From positions 13,174-77,173 of the forward strand of contig DITQ01000002.1 in the NCBI GenBank assembly GCA_002422165.1: a stretch of 64,000 nucleotides of DNA, in the 5' to 3' direction. The notes beneath the pieces are model-generated. The model saw nothing but the letters and a program-made list of their open reading frames with translations, had not been told where the DNA came from and made no database searches. The position numbers were made by a program, and so were the translations under genes. Within the stretch, counting starts at the first letter, position 1. Every line of letters starts with the position of its first letter. Shown one piece after another: positions 16,910-25,659 of the stretch. This DNA is from Candidatus Pacebacteria bacterium UBA6180 (GTDB lineage Bacteria > Patescibacteriota > Microgenomatia > UBA1400 > PJMF01).

Positions 16910-18685
16910 CTATTTTAACAGATCTATCTCATAAATCACGGAACCGCTCAGGGCATAGAGCTTTTGTCCATTTGCTTGGAAAGCCAGACTGGTCACCCCT
17001 GCTAGTTCGTTGCTTTTGATTTCGCTGATAAGTTGGCCTTCTTTGGTGAGCAGCAACAGGCGGCGCTGCTGTTTTTCTAGAGCTACTAGTTGGTTGTTAA
17101 CTTCATTTTGAGCTAGCAGCAAGCTGCTGCTGGGTAGACTGCTCAAGCCTGCGATTTGCCAATCAAGTTTGCTGCCGCGGCTGAATTTAAAAATTTGTCC
17201 GTTTTTGTCGCTTAGCCATAAGTCACCATCGATCAGCAGGTCGCTGATTTGGTCGAAACCAAGGCCTTGTTTGTCGATTAGCCAACCAATTGGTTCGCTT
17301 AGTTGACCTTTGTCGAAATGATAGCGATAAACATTTCTTTTTTCTGGGTTGAGCAGATAGAGGTAAGGGCCGAAGCTGGCGGCTAAATTGGCGGATTTGT
17401 CCGACTCTCCCTCTTCTTTGATGCGACTCCATTGACGCTCGTTGCTACTTAGGTCAAGCAGCCAAATTCCTTGACTAAGAACAAATAATTTGCCATCACT
17501 GATGGTGAAATCTCTGATCACGCCTCCTTCAGTCAGGCGCAAGTTTTCCTGACTTTGGTCAGCACTGAGCCATAAGATATCCTGCTGATTGTTTTCGAGG
17601 ATAAAAAGTCCTTCGCTACTGCTAATCATTTTTTGGCCTAGAAAGTCGCCGAGATTATAAGCAATCGCTAGTTGATCGAGGGAGTTTTCTGCGGAGATCG
17701 AAGAAATTAGTTTCTCTAGGGCAGCAATTTCTGCCTCAATGATTTGTAAACTGTCTTTGTTTTTGGTTTTTTCCTTGAGGGCTTGGAGTGCTTGGAGTTG
17801 TTGGTTAGCGCGCTCGCGGGCTTGCAGTGGTTGGCTAAGTAGCAATTGATTGAAGTCAGTGCTTGCGCCCTTGATTGCATTAACTTGCTCTTGTGCTGAA
17901 GCGGTAGCTTTGGCTTGCTGATAATTAACCAGCGAATTGATGCCGAGGATGAGCAAGCTGATTCCCAAAAGAATGCTGAGAATGGTCAAAATACGGCGTT
18001 TACCTTGTCTTTTGATGGCTAGATAGATTTTTTTTAGAATGTAACTGATTTTTTTCGCGAAACTGAGGGTTTTCTGGGCAATCTTCGACCAATTAATTTT
18101 TCTTTTGGTGGCGACAGTTTGTTCGGTTGTTTTCTCCACGTAGCTGACAAATACCAAGTTGTCACTTTGCAAGCCCTGCTTTTGACGTAATAAGGTCAGC
18201 TCACCCACTAACTTTTCCAGGCTAATATCGCTCTCTAGTAGACTACTCAGCGTGTTGACGGTTGGTGTTTGTAGCAAATTGCTGAGAATAATTTGGTCAC
18301 CCTCTTGCAATTTGCCGACGATCAGTTTGATTTCTCCTTGACTAGTCAAGATTTTTTTCGCTTGTCCACGGCGCTTAATAGTAACTTCACCAGCATAGGT
18401 GGCAAAGGTAATTTGCTCGCCCTGCAGATGACATAGAGCTAGTTCCAGGCTGAGATTTTTTTGGCGGACGTTGCTTAGTAAATCGAGTACGTGTTGGTGG
18501 AGCTGTTCGGGACTAGTGATCTGCCAGGTTTGACACTCTGTTTCCAGATCTTTAGCCTCACTTGTAGCGTTCTCGCCACGAAGGGTAAACAACATCGCCA
18601 GCTGGCGATCTTGACTGCGGATTGTTCCAGCACAGGCATCAAGGCGGGGTGGAGCCAGGATTGATATAGATTGAGCCTCTTGCAC
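16910..18685 (-). CDS. Hypothetical bitopic membrane protein (cytoplasmic ~200-aa N-domain, TM helix, coiled-coil and large extracytoplasmic C-domain)
   Basis: 591 aa; TM helix ILTILSILLGISLLILGINSLV; coiled-coil segment after TM; no catalytic motifs recognised. Confidence 0.5.
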   Translation of the reverse strand: MQEAQSISILAPPRLDACAGTIRSQDRQLAMLFTLRGENATSEAKDLETECQTWQITSPEQLHQHVLDLLSNVRQKNLSLELALCHLQGEQITFATYAGEVTIKRRGQAKKILTSQGEIKLIVGKLQEGDQIILSNLLQTPTVNTLSSLLESDISLEKLVGELTLLRQKQGLQSDNLVFVSYVEKTTEQTVATKRKINWSKIAQKTLSFAKKISYILKKIYLAIKRQGKRRILTILSILLGISLLILGINSLVNYQQAKATASAQEQVNAIKGASTDFNQLLLSQPLQARERANQQLQALQALKEKTKNKDSLQIIEAEIAALEKLISSISAENSLDQLAIAYNLGDFLGQKMISSSEGLFILENNQQDILWLSADQSQENLRLTEGGVIRDFTISDGKLFVLSQGIWLLDLSSNERQWSRIKEEGESDKSANLAASFGPYLYLLNPEKRNVYRYHFDKGQLSEPIGWLIDKQGLGFDQISDLLIDGDLWLSDKNGQIFKFSRGSKLDWQIAGLSSLPSSSLLLAQNEVNNQLVALEKQQRRLLLLTKEGQLISEIKSNELAGVTSLAFQANGQKLYALSGSVIYEIDLLK

Positions 18686-18690
18686 TGAGT

Positions 18691-19842
18691 TTAGTGTAAC
18701 ACATTTTTGGTGCTAATTTTCAAATTCGGTTGTCGGTCGGTCGATTCTAAGTCGGCCACTTCTCCTCGCTCTAGCTGATAGCCTGCCACCAAGCCAATCA
18801 TGGCGGCATTGTCAGCGCAGAGTTTCTTGCTGTAAGGCACGCGCAGGGGAATTTTTTTGCCACTTTGCTTGGCGTATTGGCGCAAGGTTTGGCGCAAAAT
18901 CTGGCGCAAATTGCTGTTGGCTGCTACTCCGCCGCCTAGCCAAACCTCGCTGATGGTCGTGACGGGTGCTTGGCCAGGTTGTAAATGGCGCAAGAAATTG
19001 CGACTGGGATAAACTCTCTTCTCCAAATTTGGACTAAGTAGGATTCGCTCGAGTTTGTAGGCGATTTGCTCGAAAACAGTTGCTTGTAGTGTGGCCGCTA
19101 GATCATAGGTAGCTTGTTGGTCTAGTTGGTCTTGGTTTTCTAGCTCGTTGATCAGGTTGCGTGCAGCTGTTTTGATCCCAGAGAAACTTAAGTCAAAGTT
19201 GGTTTGGGCGGTCATGGCTCTTGGCAGGGTGAAACGATCCTGGTTGCCTTTTTTGGCAAATTTCTCGATCAAAGCGCCTGCTGGATAGCCAAGGTTGAGC
19301 AGGCGACCGACTTTATCTAAGCATTCGCCAGCAGCATCGTCGATGGTGTGACCAAGTCGTTGGTAATAGCCAATTTTTTCAACCAAAATGAACTCGCTGT
19401 GGCCACCAGAAACGACGATTGCTAGCGCTGGCAGTTTGGGCGTTGGGAGGGCAGCCAGCGCTCTACCAGCCGGTACGGCCAAAGGCGATAAAGCGTGAGC
19501 TTCGATGTGATTGACGGAGATCAATGGCTTCTGGTGTTTCCTGGCCAATTCTTTGGCTTTGGCCAAACCCACTTCCAGAGCAGGTGCTAAGCCTGGACCG
19601 ACGGTGACGGCAATGGCTGCGATGTCCACCCAAGTCGCTCGGGCTTGCCGCAGAGCTAGAGCGATCGCTGGAGCGAGGTTTTCGCGGTGGGCTTGTTTGG
19701 CCAGAGTGGGAAAAACCCCACCGAACTGTCGGTGAATTTGGTTTTGCGAGGCGACGACGTTGCTTAGGACCTCTTGACCCATGACCACGGCGACGCTGGT
19801 GTCATCGCAGCTAGTGTCGATAGCGAGAATATTAACGCTCAT
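18691..19842 (-). CDS. tsaD: tRNA N6-adenosine threonylcarbamoyltransferase TsaD
   Basis: MSVNILAIDTSCDDTSVAVV N-terminus and HIEAH metal-binding motif; start placed at the internal ATG (19842), the 39 upstream codons of the ORF track look like non-coding read-through. Confidence 0.8.
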   Translation of the reverse strand: MSVNILAIDTSCDDTSVAVVMGQEVLSNVVASQNQIHRQFGGVFPTLAKQAHRENLAPAIALALRQARATWVDIAAIAVTVGPGLAPALEVGLAKAKELARKHQKPLISVNHIEAHALSPLAVPAGRALAALPTPKLPALAIVVSGGHSEFILVEKIGYYQRLGHTIDDAAGECLDKVGRLLNLGYPAGALIEKFAKKGNQDRFTLPRAMTAQTNFDLSFSGIKTAARNLINELENQDQLDQQATYDLAATLQATVFEQIAYKLERILLSPNLEKRVYPSRNFLRHLQPGQAPVTTISEVWLGGGVAANSNLRQILRQTLRQYAKQSGKKIPLRVPYSKKLCADNAAMIGLVAGYQLERGEVADLESTDRQPNLKISTKNVLH

Positions 19843-20929
19843 GGATGTGAATCTTTCTCCGGTTTTCTTCCTGGTTAAAGTCAAGAGTGACGATGGGGGT
19901 TTGTGGCGCGAAGCTGAGCCACTGAGCAATTTGCGAAAACCACTCGATGACCACGACATTGTTTGGTTGCACTAGACTTGGGATGTCAAGTAGATTCAAT
20001 TCCTCCTGACTTTCAATTTTCCAGACGTCGAGGTGATAAAATTTGCCGCTAGTTTGCAAACGAGTGTACTCGTACTCATTAAGGTAAGAATAGGTGGGCG
20101 AACTAATGGTTTCCTTGATATCCAAGAATTTGGCCACGCCTTTGGCGAAAATAGTTTTACCCATGCCTAGGTGGCCGTTGAGGGCGAAGACCAGACCACT
20201 TTTTTGTAGCTGATTGAGGTGATTGAGCATCAAGCGCCCAGCTAAATCGAGAGTTTCGTTTTCATTTTGACTCCAGAGAGTTTCTCCTTGGTTATCGTTG
20301 AGTGAGCCACGCAGGGCGATTGGCGTGGAGAGAGTGGTGTCAACGACCACCGAGGGTTCGTTTTGTGGCAATTCGCCAACATCGATAATCAGATCGATCA
20401 GGGATTGTTGTTTGGCAGATAAATTGTTCAAAACATCGTTGACAGTGTGTGGGCGTTTTTTGCCTGAGGCATTGGCCGAAGTGCTAGTGATGGCCCTTCC
20501 AAATTTGGAAACCAAATCGGTGATTAGTGGATAAGCAGGGATGCGAATACCCAGAGTGCCAAACTCAGAATTGACTCGTGGATCGACGAGGTTTTTGCTT
20601 CGTGAGACGACGGTGAAAGGTCCAGGCAGGAAATTTTGGTAAAATTTCTGTGCCTGGTCGTTGATTTCGACGTATTTGGCGGCCATAGCTTGGTCGCTGA
20701 CGGCGATCGACAGTGGTTTACCTTCACGTCGTCCTTTGTAGCGTAGTAATTTGTCGATGGCGGCGGCGCTCTCTGCATCTGCCCCGATGCCGTAGACGGT
20801 TTCAGTTGGATAGATCAGCAAGCCGCCTGCTTTCAGGCACGCCACCGCCTGTTCTAGCGCCAGCGCACACTGTTTCTGGTCATTGATGTCGAGTTTAATG
20901 ATTCGCATTTCCAAAACATATGTTACCAT
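19832..20929 (-). CDS. Fusion protein: threonylcarbamoyl-AMP synthase (TsaC/YrdC domain) + tRNA t6A ATPase TsaE (YjeE domain)
   Basis: N-terminal YrdC motifs (LIYPTETVYGIGADA, KGRREGKPLSIAV, TSANASG, PSVVVDTT); C-terminal TsaE motifs (NGHLGMGKTIFAKGVAKFL P-loop, SPTYSYLNEYEY, FYHLDVWKI, VVVIEWFSQ). Overlaps tsaD start by 11 nt. Confidence 0.7.
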   Translation of the reverse strand: MVTYVLEMRIIKLDINDQKQCALALEQAVACLKAGGLLIYPTETVYGIGADAESAAAIDKLLRYKGRREGKPLSIAVSDQAMAAKYVEINDQAQKFYQNFLPGPFTVVSRSKNLVDPRVNSEFGTLGIRIPAYPLITDLVSKFGRAITSTSANASGKKRPHTVNDVLNNLSAKQQSLIDLIIDVGELPQNEPSVVVDTTLSTPIALRGSLNDNQGETLWSQNENETLDLAGRLMLNHLNQLQKSGLVFALNGHLGMGKTIFAKGVAKFLDIKETISSPTYSYLNEYEYTRLQTSGKFYHLDVWKIESQEELNLLDIPSLVQPNNVVVIEWFSQIAQWLSFAPQTPIVTLDFNQEENRRKIHIHER

Positions 20930-20937
20930 AAGGATCT

Positions 20938-21258
20938 GTGTCCCAAACTCTATCAGAAAATGCAGCTGACATAAAATTCGACCTATTTGTTCGTTCGCGC
21001 GAGATGGAGCAGATTGCCATCTATTTGGAACAATTGATGTTCAAGCATCAGAAAGAGCGCGAGCTTTTTGTCGAAGAAAACCGCAGCTATTTGGAAAACT
21101 TGATGCCTCTTTTGGTCGAAAATTCTAACCTTAGTCTAGAAGGTATGCAGCTTGACCGCGAAGCTGCCGCTTTGTCGATGCAACTAGCCGTCAATTTGCG
21201 CAAATCTTTGTCGCTAATCAACGCCCTATTTTATGGAGTTGAAGGCTTGCGATCTTGA
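20938..21258 (+). CDS. Hypothetical protein
   Basis: 106-aa ORF divergent from the tsaCE gene; no motifs. Confidence 0.35.
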   Translation: MSQTLSENAADIKFDLFVRSREMEQIAIYLEQLMFKHQKERELFVEENRSYLENLMPLLVENSNLSLEGMQLDREAAALSMQLAVNLRKSLSLINALFYGVEGLRS

Positions 21259-21281
21259 GTAAATTTCACCAGTTGGTCAAA

Positions 21282-21308
21282 TTAGCAGTCCATAATGCTT
21301 ATTGCTAA
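21282..21308. promoter_or_regulatory. CIRCE-like operator (TTAGCAGTC-N9-TATTGCTAA) upstream of groES
   Basis: 15/18 match to TTAGCACTC-N9-GAGTGCTAA with perfect outer TTAGCA-N15-TGCTAA; a -10-like CATAAT lies inside the spacer; 72 nt upstream of groES ATG. Confidence 0.6.
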
Positions 21309-21379
21309 GTAATAATTTTTATGTTAAATTTCCTGCTACAAACTTAAATTACAAGTTAGTTTCAAAAAAAGGAGGTCTC

Positions 21380-21769
21380 ATGTCAGATCTAAACGTCAAG
21401 AAAATTCAGCCCACCAAGGGTTACGTCTTGGTTGAACCAAGCAAAGCAGAGGCCAAAACCAGCTCCGGCATTATTTTGCCAGAAAACGACAGCGAGAAGC
21501 CCCAGCATGGGGTAGTACTCGCGGTGGGTGAGGCAGGTGGCTGTTGCAGCGATGATGGTTGTTGTGAGCCCAAAGGTGACCACGGCTGTTGTGGCGGTGG
21601 TTGCGGTGACTGCGGTTGTGATGATGATAAGGGCGAGTCTTGTTGCGAAGCTCCAGTTAAAGTTGGTGACAAAGTTATCTACAAGAAATGGGGTGGCAAC
21701 GACTTCAAAATCGGCGAAACAGAATATCAATTCCTCAAGTTCGAGGACATTCTCGCCGTTATCAAATAG
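21380..21769 (+). CDS. groES: Co-chaperonin GroES with a 37-residue Cys/Gly/Asp-rich insertion replacing the roof hairpin
   Basis: AGGAGG RBS 5 nt upstream; GroES core (KGYVLVEP.., GIILPE.., VLAVGEAG / PVKVGDKVIY.., FLKFEDILAVI); insertion GCCSDDGCCEPKGDHGCCGGGCGDCGCDDDKGESCCE (14 Cys) at residues about 53-90. Confidence 0.8.
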   Translation: MSDLNVKKIQPTKGYVLVEPSKAEAKTSSGIILPENDSEKPQHGVVLAVGEAGGCCSDDGCCEPKGDHGCCGGGCGDCGCDDDKGESCCEAPVKVGDKVIYKKWGGNDFKIGETEYQFLKFEDILAVIK

Positions 21770-21807
21770 TAGTAAACAAATAAATTAGTAATTCAAAAAA
21801 GGAGTAA

Positions 21808-23442
<1,635 letters not shown>

Positions 23443-23454
23443 AAATCTTTTCAA

Positions 23455-23600
23455 GCTTGTCTTGCGACACGCTTGACTGAAACATTTGCTTGTTGAAGTT
23501 AACTGCCTTCTTCAAGCTCGGTGAGGCCGCTGTTTCTTGCTTGTTCAATTTTGAGCTAGCAGGCAGCGGCCTCAAACGGTCTTAGACGACTTAAAAAGAT
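23455..23600 (+). repeat. Intergenic conserved element, copy A (3' of groEL)
   Basis: Shares 5' motif (GCGACACGCTTGACTGAAAC), central motif CTCGGTGAGGCCGCTG and 3' motif ACGGTCTTAGACGACTTAAAAAG with copies at 31440-31596, 42250-42390 and 26540-26610; internal 10-bp inverted repeat GAGGCCGCTG/CAGCGGCCTC. Confidence 0.6.
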
Positions 23601-23658
23601 TATTTTTGAGAAAGAAAAAAAAGCGGCGGTTTCTAATGGTCTTTCGTCAAGAATTTTT

Positions 23659-24072
23659 TCACCATAACTTGTTTACTTTATTACCTATTTCAAGAGCTAG
23701 TTCAGGATTTATGCTGGCAACCATGCCTAGAAAAGTTTGCCATTCATAAATTTGAACCTCGAAACCTTCCTGGTCGAAAGTGGCTTTCTGGTGGAGTTTG
23801 AGGAAAAATAAGGGAAAGATAATCTGACCTAGGAACATATTACCTAAGAAAGTTAGGGAGTTTGTGTTCACCTCCAAACCAAGCTCTTCTCGACACTCCC
23901 TGATGGCTGTTTCTTGAGCAGATTCTAGAGATTTGCGACCGCCTCCAGGCAAGTTTAAGTATTGGTCGTTGGTTTTGAGTTCCTTAACCAAAATAATGTT
24001 GCCATTAGCGTCAATTAGCACCACGTGAGCGCCGGTAAATTCCTGCGGAAGACTTTCTTTCTTAAAAGACAA
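23659..24072 (-). CDS. NUDIX hydrolase
   Basis: Nudix box GGGRKSLESAQETAIRECREELGL. Confidence 0.7.
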   Translation of the reverse strand: MSFKKESLPQEFTGAHVVLIDANGNIILVKELKTNDQYLNLPGGGRKSLESAQETAIRECREELGLEVNTNSLTFLGNMFLGQIIFPLFFLKLHQKATFDQEGFEVQIYEWQTFLGMVASINPELALEIGNKVNKLW

Positions 24073-24146
24073 GTGAGCTAAATTGGGATTTAATAGAGAA
24101 TCTTTTGTTGACGTAGTCGTGTTTTTTTGCTGAATTTACTTGAAAG

Positions 24147-24220
24147 TAGCGGGACTGAGATTCGAACTCAGGACCTTCGGTTTATGAATCCGATGCTCTA
24201 ACCAGCTGAGCTATCCCGCC
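24147..24220 (-). tRNA. tRNA with CAT anticodon (elongator Met or lysidine-modified Ile2); CCA not encoded
   Basis: Reverse complement GGCGGGATAGCTCAGCTGGTTAGAGCATCGGATTCATAAACCGAAGGTCCTGAGTTCGAATCTCAGTCCCGCTA folds as cloverleaf (7-bp acceptor with G1-U72, GTTCGAATC T-arm, anticodon loop TTCATAA); one A-A mismatch at 31:39. Confidence 0.6.
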
Positions 24221-24309
24221 GTTTGCTTTGAATTCTTCTGCAAAAGAGTATTTTAGCGCAGGTTGCTTGATAATGCCAGATTGTTTTGTTACAATAGCCA
24301 CCTAACATA

Positions 24310-24378
24310 CGCGGGATAGTGTACGGTGCACGTGGGGCTCATAATCCTACAGGCTAGGTTCGACTCCTAGTCCCGCAA
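24310..24378 (+). tRNA. tRNA with CAT anticodon, candidate initiator tRNA-fMet (C1-A72 mismatch, CGCGGGA acceptor like E. coli tRNAfMet); short 3-bp D-stem; CCA not encoded
   Basis: CGCGGGATAGTGTACGGTGCACGTGGGGCTCATAATCCTACAGGCTAGGTTCGACTCCTAGTCCCGCAA; T-arm CTAGG-TTCGACT-CCTAG; anticodon loop CTCATAA. Confidence 0.55.
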
Positions 24379-24518
24379 CAATCAACCCATGATCAAATCA
24401 AAATTTAAATTCCTCGTGACTCACTCCACTTCTTCTTGCTCCTAAATTTGCTGGATGCCGTATTTTCCCAGCTGCACCACGTTTTTCAATAAATATTACC
24501 GTGAAGAAATAGGAAAAA

Positions 24519-25130
24519 ATGAACATTATATTTGATTTAGATTCAACGTTGACGACTATAGAAGGAATTGATGAGCTTGGAGTAATGAAAAATCTCCAAG
24601 AACGCATAACCACACTTACAAATAAAGCCATGAGTGGGAAAATTCCACTTAGTGAAGTTTTTGAAGAGCGATTGTCAATTTTAAAACCGACTCAAGATGA
24701 ATTGTCACTCATAAGTGAACTTTATTTAAAAAATATTACGCCATACGCAAGCGAATTAATAAGAATACTCAAAAAAAAGCATAGGGTTTTTATTGTTACT
24801 GGTGGTTATGAAACTTGCGTGCTCCCAGTAGCCAAATATTTAGAAGTTGATCGTATATATGCAAATAAAATTATTTTCAACCAAAAAGGGGAGTATGTTG
24901 GGCTAGATAAAACGATTCCACTGTGGAGAAATGGTGGAAAAGGAGAAATAGTGCAGCTGATCAAAAAAACTTATCCAGGGCAAAGTATGATGATAGGCGA
25001 TGGTTTCAGCGATCTTGAAGCTGGTGCCGACAAGTTTGTGTGTTTTGCAGGAGTAATGCAGCGAAAAGAAGTGATGAAAGAGGCGGATCACATCATCTAT
25101 GATTTACGAAAAGTTCTTAATTTTGTGTAG
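24519..25130 (+). CDS. HAD-superfamily hydrolase, phosphoserine-phosphatase (SerB)-like; AT-rich gene
   Basis: Motif I FDLDSTLT, SerB-like ERITTLTNKAMSGKIPLSEVFEERL, motif IV GDGFSD; AGGAAAA RBS; about 35% GC. Confidence 0.6.
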   Translation: MNIIFDLDSTLTTIEGIDELGVMKNLQERITTLTNKAMSGKIPLSEVFEERLSILKPTQDELSLISELYLKNITPYASELIRILKKKHRVFIVTGGYETCVLPVAKYLEVDRIYANKIIFNQKGEYVGLDKTIPLWRNGGKGEIVQLIKKTYPGQSMMIGDGFSDLEAGADKFVCFAGVMQRKEVMKEADHIIYDLRKVLNFV

Positions 25131-25149
25131 GCATAAAGCCAAGATAAAC

Positions 25150-25572
25150 TTATTCAAGCAGCAACCTCTTCCACTCCTCCAGCGGCCCATTTTTCACTTC
25201 GCTGTCCTCTTTGTTGTTTGGTAGAATCTCTTTTTCTGGAATCTGCAGGATAATTTCACCAGTCTTTTGTAGCAGCAATTCGTTGCGCTGGATTTTTTCT
25301 AGGGTGAGTTCGCTCTGGCCAGTAGTGGCGATTCGCGCTTGTTCTTGATCGGCATTTTCTAATTGTTTGACACTATCCTCTAATTGCTTGATGCTTTGCT
25401 TGGATATTTCAGCCTGGTCTTTGCTTTTTTCTAGTGAGAGAATGGCCAAAATGCATAGTAGTGTCAAGCCAAGGACGATCAGTGGGTGATTGAGCAATTG
25501 GCGACTTGACTGTTTTTTGGTAGTTTTGCTGAAGTTTTTGACCACTTTATATTTTTTAATCGAGTTTCCCAC
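25150..25572 (-). CDS. Hypothetical membrane protein with N-terminal TM helix and coiled-coil (FtsB/DivIC-like architecture, unproven)
   Basis: Basic N-terminus, TM helix LIVLGLTLLCILAILSL, then heptad-like Q/E/L-rich segment. Confidence 0.35.
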   Translation of the reverse strand: MGNSIKKYKVVKNFSKTTKKQSSRQLLNHPLIVLGLTLLCILAILSLEKSKDQAEISKQSIKQLEDSVKQLENADQEQARIATTGQSELTLEKIQRNELLLQKTGEIILQIPEKEILPNNKEDSEVKNGPLEEWKRLLLE

Positions 25573-25659
25573 TTGTTGATTGACCTATTTTATGATATTA
25601 TAAGACTTTGATATTCGTTAATTTAGAAAACCAACTGTCCTGGTTCAGGTGGATAAATT

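Noticed and set aside
21536-21649. Repetitive tgt/tgc/ggt/gat codon tract that superficially resembles a short tandem repeat or CRISPR-like array
   Set aside because: It is in frame inside groES and encodes the Cys/Gly/Asp insertion. There are no spacer/repeat periodicity and no cas genes. It is treated as coding (see finding).
21389-21730. Minus-strand ORFs (113 and 83 aa) overlapping groES, plus several antisense ORFs inside groEL (21859-23414)
   Set aside because: They lie antisense to strongly supported chaperonin genes. Their low-complexity P/S/A/T-rich translations are typical shadow ORFs of GC-rich GGT/GCC codons.
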